In this document: piece after piece, positions 49,393-60,221 of the stretch
Layout: each line of letters begins with the position of its first letter
Position numbering within the stretch: position 1 is the stretch's first letter
DNA from: a virus
Lineage: Duplodnaviria; Caudoviricetes
Reading direction: 5' to 3' (one strand)
IMG/VR virus record: IMGVR_UViG_3300029913_000001
DNA length: 64,000 nucleotides
Made by a program: the position numbers and the translations under genes
Notes under the pieces: model-generated
What the model was told of the DNA's origin: nothing
Seen by the model: the letters and a program-made list of their open reading frames with translations, nothing else
Database searches by the model: none

Positions 49393-50135
49393 TAATATTC
49401 CTCCTCAACAAAATAGGCGGGCCCAGAAAACCATAGTTCATGAGAATCAGTGAGTGTAGGCAAAACTGATAATTTATAAAGCCCGAAAAAATTTTTCCCT
49501 GGATTTAGCGCGTGACTAAGCGCTTGGGAAAAAGATGTAAATTTGCTTAACGTTTCAAAACTTATTGAAAAATTGTCGCATATGTGCTCTACAAAATCTT
49601 CTGATTTTAATAGTACATGCCAATTCTTATTTAAAGCGTCAATAATCTTTGAGACTGTTTGTATATTGTCTATGGGTATCATATCACAATAAGACGCGAA
49701 CGATTTAAAGTAGTACGAAAAACTGCCAAGGTTTAAATTTTCAAATGCATTCCAAAAATCAGAAGTGGGGCAGACTCCCACTAGTGGGTTATTTAAAGGG
49801 TATACTTGATAAACAGTCCCATAACACGATGCGTCATCTAAATCAGATGTGCAAATAAAACTTTTTGATCTTTTAGGATATCGATTCCATTCAGGTAAAA
49901 AATTATCTATAATTAATGTATAATAATTTTCAGTATTTGCCGATACACGTTCTATAGTTCTGCTGTCTCCATATATCAGTTTATTGACATGTACGGTATT
50001 TATTCCTCGATAAATGTTTATAGGAGATGAAACCGCAATTGGACATTTTTCCGATAGAAAATTATATATATCGGATGCCTCGATATTAATTAATGTTGCT
50101 TGAGGACTATTTTCTTGTATTTCAAAGATTCTCAT
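49392..50135 (-). CDS. tagged ART-like protein (subfamily 2)
   Basis: MRIFEI tag; YRG, RSKSFICT, YG..YQVYP, HELWFSG. Confidence 0.55.
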   Translation of the reverse strand: MRIFEIQENSPQATLINIEASDIYNFLSEKCPIAVSSPINIYRGINTVHVNKLIYGDSRTIERVSANTENYYTLIIDNFLPEWNRYPKRSKSFICTSDLDDASCYGTVYQVYPLNNPLVGVCPTSDFWNAFENLNLGSFSYYFKSFASYCDMIPIDNIQTVSKIIDALNKNWHVLLKSEDFVEHICDNFSISFETLSKFTSFSQALSHALNPGKNFFGLYKLSVLPTLTDSHELWFSGPAYFVEEEY

Positions 50136-51289
50136 TATACGCCAACCGATAATGGTGGATTACCACTTGTTCCAAATCCCTTAGCCGCTGTCGGTACTCC
50201 AATAATTGAACTTCCGGATGCGACTTCGACTGCCGAATTCAATAAATTAACACCGCCACTAGCTTCTGCCATAACTGTTGCAACCGAAGTTATTCCGCCT
50301 TTATTACTACCTACAGTAGAAGCTAATCCGATAGCACCCTCGGTTGTATTAATAATAGATGAAATTGCTGATCCTATACCAGGCTGTCCTAGCGGGCTTT
50401 TAGTATTATCGAATAATGTTGCAGTAACCGAATCCCAGCTTGCAACTTCATCGTTATTTAGATGCCCAGAATTATACAATACAGTTTCATATTCTATTGA
50501 CATTTTATTTGTCATGTATTCAGACGTGCCAAAATCTAAGGTATCATGCTCAAAACTGGTAATAACAGGATTTACAAGTACAAACTCATTATATTCAGGC
50601 CCAATGGTTTTATTAACCGATCTATTAAATTGATAAATTCTAATACTTTCAAAAAATGAATTTGTTCTGTTAAAACTAGATCCTGGGGCGGCTTGTAATT
50701 GGACTCCGGTAGACGTTGTTTTAGAAGTATCTAATCCAAAACTGCCAAATGTCGGGCTATAAACTGAACTAATATTTCCGGTTGATTGATCCCATTGAGA
50801 TGGTATATTCATTCCTTGTGTTTGGGAAGAACTCCAATTAACATAATTGGGGTCGGCATTCATATATTGATAATATGCATAAAGAAAATGATCGATTACA
50901 TTGATAGTATCGTCCCACATTGTAATTGATATTGGCTCATAATTTGTCTTAACTGTATTTAAAGACCATCTATTATATTGATTATTTTTCTTAACCTCAA
51001 ATTTAATATTTGGTAATGAAACTGTTCTCGCTAGCACACCTAACACCGGAAGGTTTGCTGATTTCCAATTAATTCTATCGCTGGAGGTAGCGGATGATAA
51101 ACTTTGATTTACTTGCGTTACAACCGCAGGATTCAGTTGAAAATAAATATGAAACCAATTTTTGGATTTAGGCAATAAGCTACTATTATTTGGTCCAAAA
51201 ATTTTAGCCGCGTGTCGATAATCACGCAAATTAATATCTGGTTGCGATGCATATTGCAAGGTTGAAAGGACAGATTGAAGAGTTCCCAT
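50135..51289 (-). CDS. tail-tube-like baseplate/tube initiator protein
   Basis: LPNIKFE..NQYNR, YEPISIT.WDD, FEHDTLD; follows tube gene. Confidence 0.7.
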   Translation of the reverse strand: MGTLQSVLSTLQYASQPDINLRDYRHAAKIFGPNNSSLLPKSKNWFHIYFQLNPAVVTQVNQSLSSATSSDRINWKSANLPVLGVLARTVSLPNIKFEVKKNNQYNRWSLNTVKTNYEPISITMWDDTINVIDHFLYAYYQYMNADPNYVNWSSSQTQGMNIPSQWDQSTGNISSVYSPTFGSFGLDTSKTTSTGVQLQAAPGSSFNRTNSFFESIRIYQFNRSVNKTIGPEYNEFVLVNPVITSFEHDTLDFGTSEYMTNKMSIEYETVLYNSGHLNNDEVASWDSVTATLFDNTKSPLGQPGIGSAISSIINTTEGAIGLASTVGSNKGGITSVATVMAEASGGVNLLNSAVEVASGSSIIGVPTAAKGFGTSGNPPLSVGV

Positions 51290-51318
51290 GTAAGTATTTA
51301 TGCGATAGCAGACAAAGA

Positions 51319-51345
51319 GAATGGGCTGAAAAATTCAGCCCATTC
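51319..51345 (-). terminator. intrinsic terminator after tail tube
   Basis: GAATGGGCTGAA-aaa-TTCAGCCCATTC. Confidence 0.8.
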
Positions 51346-51359
51346 AAACAAAATATAAT

Positions 51360-51971
51360 TTAAATTGCGATTGTGCCTAATGTCCGACTGATTGCACTAC
51401 CGATACCGAGGGGAGATTGTAGCGCGTTATCGAATCTAACTGTCATTTTAATAGTCAATGGGTCAGATTTCGAATAATCATTGTCGCCGTAATCTACATT
51501 TGTTAGCCAGCATCCAACTAGATCATATGTTTCGAGAATTACTGGCTCGTTAGTACCATTTCCGCCATCCAATACTTCATATAACATTTCGAACTTATAA
51601 TCAGTGGCAGATGAAGCGGAACTCTGATTCTGGAAATCAAATTGCTTCTGAATTTGCTGCCCAACCAATGCCGATACTTCACCTAGCATATCATCACGCA
51701 GCGTAATATCTGTGGGATCCCAAGCCGGCTTGCCAGCGTAATGAACTTTACTACCATAGATATCTATTGTTTGTTCATCAAATTTCAATGAAGGGCGTTT
51801 TACATTCATTACCTGTTTTGTTAATTCGGTTGTCTGATTTGCAACGCCGAAGCCGATAAATAATGCCCGAAAACGATATGATAATTTAGGCATTAGCAGG
51901 CCTTGGCCCGATGCCGGAATTCCGATATCAGATAGTGGAACTGTAAAATTTAGAAGGCTCGCGGTTCCCAT
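51360..51971 (-). CDS. 19: tail tube protein (gp19-like)
   Basis: PKLSYRFR, KRPSL, AGKP.W, LRDD, GCWL..VDYG. Confidence 0.88.
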   Translation of the reverse strand: MGTASLLNFTVPLSDIGIPASGQGLLMPKLSYRFRALFIGFGVANQTTELTKQVMNVKRPSLKFDEQTIDIYGSKVHYAGKPAWDPTDITLRDDMLGEVSALVGQQIQKQFDFQNQSSASSATDYKFEMLYEVLDGGNGTNEPVILETYDLVGCWLTNVDYGDNDYSKSDPLTIKMTVRFDNALQSPLGIGSAISRTLGTIAI

Positions 51972-52081
51972 AATTTTAATCTCCTATTACATAAATCTGT
52001 TACTTGTATTTATACAAGATTCAATTTTTTCTAAAACACAGTTCCAAAAGCAAAAATAAATAGTGACAATAGGAGAATTTA

Positions 52082-52606
52082 ATGACAGAACTCTGTAAAA
52101 TTGCAATAAAATATGGATGTGATAAAGAACCATCAAATTATCATCACTACACTCCCTTCTATTACGAGTTATTCAAAAACAAACCAGTTAAAAAATTACT
52201 CGAAATAGGAATTTTTCGAGGATCAAGCCTTAGAATGTGGAGAGATTTTTTTCCCGAAGCTGAAATTTTTGGTCTGGATATTAATACTTCATGTCTAATA
52301 TCTGAAGACAGAATTCATTCTTATTACTGCGATGCCGGAAATGAAGATTCATTAAATGCTATCTCCACCAAATTAGAGGGAAATTTCGATATTATTATCG
52401 ACGACGGATCACATTTTATTGAGCATCAAATTTTAGCCGCAAATACTATGCCAAAATATCTAGCAGCAAGTGGAATTTTTATTATTGAGGATGTATTACA
52501 TATAAAAGAGGTATCGGCCAGTATTATTTTACCGCACGAAATTAAAACATTTGGGCCGCATCCGCCAGACGATAATTTAATTATCATCGATAATAAAACG
52601 GACTGA
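52082..52606 (+). CDS. class I SAM-dependent methyltransferase
   Basis: LLEIGIFRGSS, GLDI, FDIIIDDGSH, IIED. Confidence 0.85.
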   Translation: MTELCKIAIKYGCDKEPSNYHHYTPFYYELFKNKPVKKLLEIGIFRGSSLRMWRDFFPEAEIFGLDINTSCLISEDRIHSYYCDAGNEDSLNAISTKLEGNFDIIIDDGSHFIEHQILAANTMPKYLAASGIFIIEDVLHIKEVSASIILPHEIKTFGPHPPDDNLIIIDNKTD

Positions 52607-52647
52607 AATTATATAATTTCAATCCGTTTTATTATTCTTTTAACTAA

Positions 52648-55600
52648 TTAATATTGAATTGCTCCGCCGCCCAAATCTGTGCCAGCAGCAGAAACTGTTA
52701 CAGGAATATAAATAAATTCGGCTACGGTGATCGGTGCAATTGCAACCGCCGCCCAAAGTTGATTATTCTCTATAGCTGACTGAGTATTGATATCTGTAGA
52801 AACATCCACCGCCCAATCAGAAATTGCTCTCTGAGATTGTAATGACTTTAATAACTTTCCGATATCGAAACCAAAATTATGGCGTGTTATTGAATCATTT
52901 TGCTCAAAAGTAAATGAATTAGCAAGACTATTCAACATATTTCTCAAATAGATTACTAATCGAGCAACATTGATTCTATTTAATGCTGTTGGCTCACCGT
53001 TAATTAGTGCTGCTCGTGTTTTCTGTCCATAAAGTTCTAGGCCAGTTCCAGGAACATTACTAATTGGATTTACACTAGCTGGGTATAGAATGTCACGCAA
53101 ATTCTGCGCTACGGAATTAACTACAAAATTACCGGTTTGCCCATCTACATATCCAATAGAAGTTGCATTAGTCACTAATCCTCGTTGCGGGCCTGCTGGA
53201 GCAAACCAGGGATATGATTTGGCATCGGATTGAATAATTGTTGGCACCGCCATGAAACTAGCAGGAACAACAATTTTATTTCCACTAAGATCAGTCGTTA
53301 ATCCTGATGGATAATATGTTGCTGCGTAATCATAGAATGTAACTAATCCGTCTACTCCATCCGCAGGAGCAGCATTAAGATTATTGGCCCAAGTGTTAAT
53401 AGCATTTGCATTCGCGGCTAGTGTCATTGGGCTATCAGCCACAATAAATGCCGTTTCTCCCCTATTAATATTCAGCGTAACTAATGTTGAAAGTAATTCT
53501 GGATACCCGGGACAAGATATTAATCCAAAATTATAAAGTTCCTCTAATATCTGATCACTATTCTCAATGGCGGCAACCAATGTTTGTACAACTACATTTC
53601 TCTGAGCCGCGCTTCCTAGATATGCCACACCACTTTCATTATTACCGCTAGCAGTTACCCATGCGGCAGTTTCTGAAGCATTAATCAAATGATTAGTTGT
53701 AAATTGTTTAACATTCATACCGCTTCGTCGTGTATTAAACAATAAGGTTCCACGCGGATACAATGCATAACTAGGTGCATCTGAATCTAAATAATTGCTA
53801 GTTAACAATGTACTAATCGGTGTAAACGTGCTCGTTGCTGGATCGACATTACCGGTTGTTGCCCAACGGGCATCCGCAAAAACAACGCCGTTGCTGCTTG
53901 TATGATCGACGTTATTAATTTTAATCCATGCGCCACTTTGATATCTGTTAATATTCGGAAGATTAGTTATATCGGAAGTGTTAATCCAGATATCACCATT
54001 AACTACAACATTACCGGTAGACTGATACACCGGAACAGTTGCACTTACAATAGGACCGCTAGGATCTGTTAACGTTAAATTATATCCTCGTGCTTCTAGA
54101 TTAGCGGTTACATTTCTATATCCTAGCCATGCTGTACCAGTATTAATCATGATATCGGCAACCGTAGGGTCGTCATAAAACCATAATGTACCATTGGCAG
54201 GATCTGACGTTGGCGCTGTTAAACTTTCAACATAGGAAGGAGTTACCCAATTACTTACCGTTGCGAAAGTAACACCGGTTGTTAGAAGACCAACCTGCTC
54301 TAATGGTGTATTTGCTCCGTCATATAAGCAAAAAGAACCACCGTTCGTATTCTGAATTTCAATAGTATTGAAATGAGTAAAGCCAGCCGAAATCCCGGTT
54401 AAACCGGCTGCGTTAACTGCATTAATTAACGCATTTGCTGTCGATCCGGCAAATGAAATTACTACATTACCTGTGTATTGATTACTTCCTGGAACCGTTG
54501 TGTTAATGGTAAAGGTAAACGGTGCTGATCCAGTTAGATTAACATTTGAATTTGTACCAGACAGCGTGGTTGCGCCTGCCTGGCGTTCTAGCAAGGTAGT
54601 AGTAAATGCTAGTGTTCCAGCATTTGCAGCAAATGTACCCGCTGGAATATTAATACCGCCACCGATAGGATCTAAGATATAATTAAGAATTGCATCGGAT
54701 GATCCAATTGTAACAACCTGCGGTGTCCAAGAATTGCTAGCAGAATTATACACCTGAACGGAGATATTTGCACCGCTTTCTGGTATAGAAGTATTATACC
54801 ATACACTTCCGGTTGGTTCTGGGGTTGCATCTGTTGCATTCCATTTCGGCACATTTGTGTATGGACTAACCTGATATGCAGCCGCATAAATGTTTGCACT
54901 AGCAATTCCGAGTTGTAACCCAACATTACCCGATAATGATAATACACTATTAGGGGCAGCGCTGGTAACAGACAGTGCTAGGCGGTTTCCAATAGAAAAA
55001 GCATTCACGCCTGGTACATTGGCCGCTGTAATTTCAGAAATTGTAGTTATAAGATTTGCGCCAGATAATACAACGTTAGTTCCGTTTAAATCTAGTACAC
55101 CAGAAATATTTGACGGATTTACAACGGCGCCAATGACTGCCGGAGTAACGGCTTGCCATGAAGCTGTTCCTACTTCGACCCAATTTCCTAAATAATCCTG
55201 CTTCCAAACTGGGTTGCTGGTGTTAGTCAAAACTACAGAATAATCCCCCGGTTTTCCAATCGTATTAACGGGTACACTGGTATTTGCATCGGAAGTTTGT
55301 GAGGGATCGGTAACAATCCAAAGTTTTCCCTGTCCAGATGTATTTGTTGTAGATATTGCTGCAAAACTCTGACTTGCCGCATTATATTCTAAAATACCCC
55401 ATTTTGTGCCTGCGGCATTAAGCCAAATTGTTCCGTTGGCTGGAGTGCCGACCGGAGGTGCTAACGTACCAGTTAATGCATTTAAATCTACAGGAGCACG
55501 TAAAATATAGGCGGCATCGGAAACACCAAGAGCAGAATAAGCGGCCATTAAGCCATACTCATTTTGTTCTGATGCATTTACCGGGGTCCCTTGTACATTT

Positions 55601-55830
55601 TGAAAAATAGGAGCGCCAAAGTCATTAATTAATGATCGTTGGCTCGTTTCAAGAGTAAGAAGACCGGCAGTGTTAGCCGTTGTATAAGGTGCAGTAACTC
55701 CACTAGGATTTGTTTTATTCTGCGCTGTTGCAACTACAAAAAGAGGAGCGGTGCCAGCCGGAGCACTTAGATACTGGCTCTCATCTATTACGGTGACCTG
55801 CGCACCTGGGCTTTGAAGAGTTGAACTCAT
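52648..55830 (-). CDS. 18: tail sheath protein (gp18-like)
   Basis: start MSSTLQSPGAQVTVIDES; CPGYPE, AFIVAD, WFAPAG.RG, NPI, LNRINVARL. Confidence 0.93.
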   Translation of the reverse strand: MSSTLQSPGAQVTVIDESQYLSAPAGTAPLFVVATAQNKTNPSGVTAPYTTANTAGLLTLETSQRSLINDFGAPIFQNVQGTPVNASEQNEYGLMAAYSALGVSDAAYILRAPVDLNALTGTLAPPVGTPANGTIWLNAAGTKWGILEYNAASQSFAAISTTNTSGQGKLWIVTDPSQTSDANTSVPVNTIGKPGDYSVVLTNTSNPVWKQDYLGNWVEVGTASWQAVTPAVIGAVVNPSNISGVLDLNGTNVVLSGANLITTISEITAANVPGVNAFSIGNRLALSVTSAAPNSVLSLSGNVGLQLGIASANIYAAAYQVSPYTNVPKWNATDATPEPTGSVWYNTSIPESGANISVQVYNSASNSWTPQVVTIGSSDAILNYILDPIGGGINIPAGTFAANAGTLAFTTTLLERQAGATTLSGTNSNVNLTGSAPFTFTINTTVPGSNQYTGNVVISFAGSTANALINAVNAAGLTGISAGFTHFNTIEIQNTNGGSFCLYDGANTPLEQVGLLTTGVTFATVSNWVTPSYVESLTAPTSDPANGTLWFYDDPTVADIMINTGTAWLGYRNVTANLEARGYNLTLTDPSGPIVSATVPVYQSTGNVVVNGDIWINTSDITNLPNINRYQSGAWIKINNVDHTSSNGVVFADARWATTGNVDPATSTFTPISTLLTSNYLDSDAPSYALYPRGTLLFNTRRSGMNVKQFTTNHLINASETAAWVTASGNNESGVAYLGSAAQRNVVVQTLVAAIENSDQILEELYNFGLISCPGYPELLSTLVTLNINRGETAFIVADSPMTLAANANAINTWANNLNAAPADGVDGLVTFYDYAATYYPSGLTTDLSGNKIVVPASFMAVPTIIQSDAKSYPWFAPAGPQRGLVTNATSIGYVDGQTGNFVVNSVAQNLRDILYPASVNPISNVPGTGLELYGQKTRAALINGEPTALNRINVARLVIYLRNMLNSLANSFTFEQNDSITRHNFGFDIGKLLKSLQSQRAISDWAVDVSTDINTQSAIENNQLWAAVAIAPITVAEFIYIPVTVSAAGTDLGGGAIQY

Positions 55831-55902
55831 TTGATTTTCCCTCACTTGTAAATCTAATAAACTTATATTGGTATTTAGCAACCTGACCTCAAAATAGCCG
55901 TT

Positions 55903-56541
55903 TTAGACGTCTCTAATAATTTCGCCGATTCGTTCTTTCAAATAAGGTAAATCGAAATTATTGTCGATTACATAGTCAACCTTTGTATTAATCCAACCCC
56001 ATTCAGAAATATGAACACCCGGATAGTCAATGCTCATACGATTATCTGTTGCAATATTTTCTCCCGACTTAATTACGGCTACCGCCGTATCGTGCCATTC
56101 GGGTAATGGTCCGCGATCAACTCTACACAAGGTAGCATTTACGTTAGTTAATACCTTAAGTTCATTTATAAATCGGCAATCACTAATAACAAAATCTAAT
56201 TTTGAATCAACTAATTTTCTTTCTAACGAGGCAACCCATATATCTTGATGAAACATATTTCTATTAACATCGGTTCCCCAATTTTGTAATACCCATCGAG
56301 GAGTTAATTCAGGAATACCAAGGCGATTGGACCACCAATCATCTATTTGCTCCCGCCAAACACGACTCGCTTTTGTTTTTCCATCTAACATTTTTAACGG
56401 CCAGCCAAAAATAATAGACACGGCTTCTTTTAATGAATCTGCAAATGCAACCTGATGGAATCCATAATCGTTTACTAAAATATTACTTACTGTGTCTTTA
56501 CCTGATCCAATTAAACCAAGTAAGCCAATAATTCTACCCAT
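55903..56541 (-). CDS. deoxynucleoside monophosphate kinase (T4 gp1-like)
   Basis: GLIGSGKDT, FADSLK, TPRWVLQNWGT, ISDCRF, HISE. Confidence 0.9.
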   Translation of the reverse strand: MGRIIGLLGLIGSGKDTVSNILVNDYGFHQVAFADSLKEAVSIIFGWPLKMLDGKTKASRVWREQIDDWWSNRLGIPELTPRWVLQNWGTDVNRNMFHQDIWVASLERKLVDSKLDFVISDCRFINELKVLTNVNATLCRVDRGPLPEWHDTAVAVIKSGENIATDNRMSIDYPGVHISEWGWINTKVDYVIDNNFDLPYLKERIGEIIRDV

Positions 56542-56553
56542 AATACGATCCTT

Positions 56554-56835
56554 TTATGCGTTTGCTAACTTATCTATATAATCTAATAATGCCAGAATAA
56601 CATCTGGCGACGCGGCGGTAATAAAATTAAGATTATTCTTGCCATTCCAATCTGGTTCAAGTCGGCCTAATAAGTTAAGGCCATGAAAGCCAATTTCACA
56701 TCCCAAATTATGGTCTGCATATTGGCCTCTTCCAGCATACAATGTAGGCGGATCATCCTCCCAAGTCCAGGTTCCGCCCGTTGCTAATTTTGATTTTTCT
56801 CTTAAGTCGGTTAGTAATTCAGTTGTAATTTCCAT
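56554..56835 (-). CDS. Ead/Ea22-like hypothetical protein, leaderless
   Basis: AT.G.W..FITAASPDVILALLD; TTGTAT-17-TATAAT at 56842-56870. Confidence 0.65.
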   Translation of the reverse strand: MEITTELLTDLREKSKLATGGTWTWEDDPPTLYAGRGQYADHNLGCEIGFHGLNLLGRLEPDWNGKNNLNFITAASPDVILALLDYIDKLANA

Positions 56836-56873
56836 ATTAATATTATATAACATGTAAAGTAAAAATACAAGTC

Positions 56874-57653
56874 TTATTGTATCAGCAGACCCAATGGTTG
56901 CTCACCAAAATGATACAGTGTTATCTGTTCCATTAACTTATCGATCATAGCTTGCCCTTCAGTCTTTAATTCTGCGCCGTTAAGACTCGTACCACCGGAA
57001 GGCCCAGGAATTTGGGAAAACTTTGCTCTTGCTTCGCCTAATGTTATTTTAGCAACAGCTAGAACATACTCCTTAATAAAAGTTAAAGTTCTAGGATCAC
57101 TTAATAACTGAACTTCGGGTTTATAATTATAAATTTGAAGAAGCAAACTTTCACCCGTTCCCCTAGGTTGGCGAACTAATGTAAGTTTTTTAGTCATTGA
57201 ATTGTAATTAAAATCAATTTCTCCGCCAAACTGTCTTGATACCATCGCTTGATAATCAGTGAATAATTCGAAAGATAATAGTCCACCAGCGGAATCTAAA
57301 GTGTTAAGTAGATATGTGTTCAGCCATCCGCCATAAAAGGGATCAAATTGAGACCCGGCATTACCTAAATCGCCAATTGACCGTCTCCAAATCTTAACAA
57401 CAAATTGAACCTCATCCGGTAGTGTATAAACCTGAACATTTGTTTGGGTTGTCAAGAATGCGTATGATTCTTCTACTGCGGCGGAACTACGTGTTTGAAA
57501 AACTTCAATTGCTCGAGTTAATGCATTCTGTAAATGCTCGGCATCTAATTCAACTTCGATCATGCCCTCACCTAATCGTTGAGTTACATAATCAAAGACT
57601 CGCTGTCGAAGTTTCGCTAGTGAAACTGAATTTTCATCATTTTTATTTTCCAT
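56874..57653 (-). CDS. 13: neck protein (T4 gp13-like)
   Basis: LG...IEVEL, Y.LP, WIKEY-like FIKEY, GEAR.KF, G..LNG. Confidence 0.88.
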   Translation of the reverse strand: MENKNDENSVSLAKLRQRVFDYVTQRLGEGMIEVELDAEHLQNALTRAIEVFQTRSSAAVEESYAFLTTQTNVQVYTLPDEVQFVVKIWRRSIGDLGNAGSQFDPFYGGWLNTYLLNTLDSAGGLLSFELFTDYQAMVSRQFGGEIDFNYNSMTKKLTLVRQPRGTGESLLLQIYNYKPEVQLLSDPRTLTFIKEYVLAVAKITLGEARAKFSQIPGPSGGTSLNGAELKTEGQAMIDKLMEQITLYHFGEQPLGLLIQ

Positions 57654-57658
57654 AATAA

Positions 57659-58273
57659 TTACTCCAAGCCCAAGGCAGTTAATATATCTTTTATACTATG
57701 ACCATGATGATTATAATCGAGCGCAACATAAGATCCGGAAATTAATATTTCACACCCCATTCTTATGGCATCCGCTAATCCGACACTATTTTTATATTTG
57801 TACTGTTCGGCAAAATTAAAAATTGGCTTGTTAATGTCAAACAACGAAACCTCATTGAATAAATCACGAACTTTCGGAGACCATGTATACGAAAACCCAT
57901 TAACAGGAAAAATTACAAAAGTATCACCATAGTTTTCTGCTGCAAAGAGATTACCCGTGCAAAAAATACTATTTGACCTCAACGCCTTAAATCCAGACGC
58001 CGCGAGGCTGCTATCCACTATTTTTTGAACCTCCATCGAAGTATCCATTGGCTTTCGATCGTCTCGGCTTTTACCCAATAAAATATATGATTTAGCGTCT
58101 CTTATGCCGCGAAATAGAAAGTCGCCATTTTTGCAATCGTTGTTATAAACTTTAATTATATCTGAACAATGCGTCTGCATAAAAGAAACTAATGCTTTCG
58201 CTCGAGTCGAAAGCATCCATTGTTCTTCGCCGTGTTTTAATTTTGTATGATCTAATACTTCAGATAAGCGCAT
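57659..58273 (-). CDS. tagged ART-like protein (subfamily 1, no repeats)
   Basis: start MRLSEV 5 nt after ATAAATA; FRG, RSNSIFCT, YG..FVIFP, EILISG. Confidence 0.58.
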   Translation of the reverse strand: MRLSEVLDHTKLKHGEEQWMLSTRAKALVSFMQTHCSDIIKVYNNDCKNGDFLFRGIRDAKSYILLGKSRDDRKPMDTSMEVQKIVDSSLAASGFKALRSNSIFCTGNLFAAENYGDTFVIFPVNGFSYTWSPKVRDLFNEVSLFDINKPIFNFAEQYKYKNSVGLADAIRMGCEILISGSYVALDYNHHGHSIKDILTALGLE

Positions 58274-58317
58274 GTTTGTATTTATGTGTACATATAAATA
58301 TAAGAGAGGATTTAATA

Positions 58318-59457
58318 ATGCCAAGAATTTCTTTATGGTCTAACGAAAAATACGGTCAAGACGCCATGTGGTTTGATAAGCATATATATGAGCAATTCAC
58401 GATGGGCGGGGTGGACTTATATGTCCATAAATATCTCGGCGCAGAAAATCCAAATACCACAAACGACGCTACCCAACCAAATTATCCAAATTTGTCGGCG
58501 CAGAATATACAAGATATTCTCTTACTTGAAAATAGGGATCGAAAATATTCGCAGGATATATATCGAGTTAGAGGTTACTATTCTCCGGCAGATTTGGATC
58601 TTGATCTAAGTCAATGGGGATTGATGATCTCGAGCGGAACATTATTCATAACCGTACACCTTAATAGTATGGTAGATACTATTGGTAGGAAACTAATGTC
58701 AGGGGATGTTCTAGAATTACCGAACTTGAAAGAATTTTATAGTTTGGACGAAACTGTGCCCGTTGCCCTAAAAAGATTTTATGTAATTCAGGAGGGAACT
58801 AGACCGGCAAATGGTTTTTCCCCCACCTGGTGGAATCACATTTGGCGATTGAAATGCACGCCAATGACAGATGCGCAAGAATATGCAGATATTTTGAATC
58901 AAGTCGTCGTTGGTGTTAATGGAAATCCGGTGTTAATAAATGGCAACACTACTACCTACGGAAATATCACAAGCTCGATTGGTCAATATCAGAGTATAGA
59001 TTCCGCAATTATTGAACAGGCCGAATATGAAGTACCGGAATCCGGCTATAATACAGATCCATTATGGGCTCCACTATTTGTTGGTGGGAAGCCTAAGAAT
59101 GGACCATTGCCGGCAAATGCTAGTCCTCAGCAAAAATTCAGTGGATATCTTGTGGGCAACGGGGAAGCTATTGACGGGTATTCAGTGACAACAGCTACCG
59201 AATTTCCAAATAATCCAATTATTGGACAATATATTTTAAGACAAGATTACTTTCCAGCAAGGCTTTATAGATGGTCTGGTATAAAATGGAAATATGTAAA
59301 TTCCAAAGTCAGAACCCCACTAACACCAGGAAAAGGTCAAACGCAGAGAGACCAATTCATTAACAATTCAAATACTATTGTTAATAGCTCCAATATTTCT
59401 ATGCCAGTATTACAAGATTTATCGACCCTGCTCCGACCAGATAAAGGTGGTAATTAA
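58318..59457 (+). CDS. 14: neck/head-closure protein (T4 gp14-like)
   Basis: start MPRISLW; LENRDRKY, GDVLELP, HIWR.KC. Confidence 0.75.
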   Translation: MPRISLWSNEKYGQDAMWFDKHIYEQFTMGGVDLYVHKYLGAENPNTTNDATQPNYPNLSAQNIQDILLLENRDRKYSQDIYRVRGYYSPADLDLDLSQWGLMISSGTLFITVHLNSMVDTIGRKLMSGDVLELPNLKEFYSLDETVPVALKRFYVIQEGTRPANGFSPTWWNHIWRLKCTPMTDAQEYADILNQVVVGVNGNPVLINGNTTTYGNITSSIGQYQSIDSAIIEQAEYEVPESGYNTDPLWAPLFVGGKPKNGPLPANASPQQKFSGYLVGNGEAIDGYSVTTATEFPNNPIIGQYILRQDYFPARLYRWSGIKWKYVNSKVRTPLTPGKGQTQRDQFINNSNTIVNSSNISMPVLQDLSTLLRPDKGGN

Positions 59458-60221
59458 TGAAATCTGCAGAATTTTTAATTGAGTTTAACGGAACGAAAAA
59501 AATAGCAAACACTAATAATCTACTCAAAATACTCGAGAATGATTGTTCAGAAGCGTTATCGGCGAGTAAACACGGAAACAAAATTTTTAAAGGCTTACGC
59601 AATTTAAATGGAAATTTTTTTCTAGCGGATCCGACTAAAAAAATAAGACATAGCCGTAATACTAATAACTATTATACTTTATTACTGGATAATTTGCCGA
59701 GTTGGGCAAATTATCCAAAAAGAAGTAATAGTTTAATTTGTACGAATTCTAAGTGGAAAGCAGATTTATACGGAGCAGGTTATGCGGTTATACCGGTTAA
59801 TGGTACCGAAATTGCCGTGTGCCCGGCTGATGATATATGGTTTAGTTTTAAAGCGAATAATATATATAGTTTAGGAAGTTTTAATAAACTATTTAATAAT
59901 CACCAAATATCGGAAAAAAATTACGTTGATTTTCTAAAATCTTGTTTGCGTGAAAAAAATTATTTATTAAGAGATTTTAATAGTTTTAATTTTCGCGAAC
60001 TCGCAATAGCCTTTAAAGATGCACAATCAATAAGTGACTTTGAAAATATTTTTAATAAAATATTTGACCCGACCACCAACGGATTTAAAAAATATAACCT
60101 CTCAAACATGAATATTGGCGATGAAAGTCGAGAAATTTGGACTTCAGGTAAATCGTATTTAATTAATACAGAGTCAATGTTCTATAAAACTAATCTAGAG
60201 ACCTATAATGGAGATTACTAA
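59457..60221 (+). CDS. tagged ART-like protein (subfamily 2)
   Basis: MKSAEFLIE; FKG, RSNSLICT, YG..YAVIP, REIWTSG. Confidence 0.52.
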   Translation: MKSAEFLIEFNGTKKIANTNNLLKILENDCSEALSASKHGNKIFKGLRNLNGNFFLADPTKKIRHSRNTNNYYTLLLDNLPSWANYPKRSNSLICTNSKWKADLYGAGYAVIPVNGTEIAVCPADDIWFSFKANNIYSLGSFNKLFNNHQISEKNYVDFLKSCLREKNYLLRDFNSFNFRELAIAFKDAQSISDFENIFNKIFDPTTNGFKKYNLSNMNIGDESREIWTSGKSYLINTESMFYKTNLETYNGDY

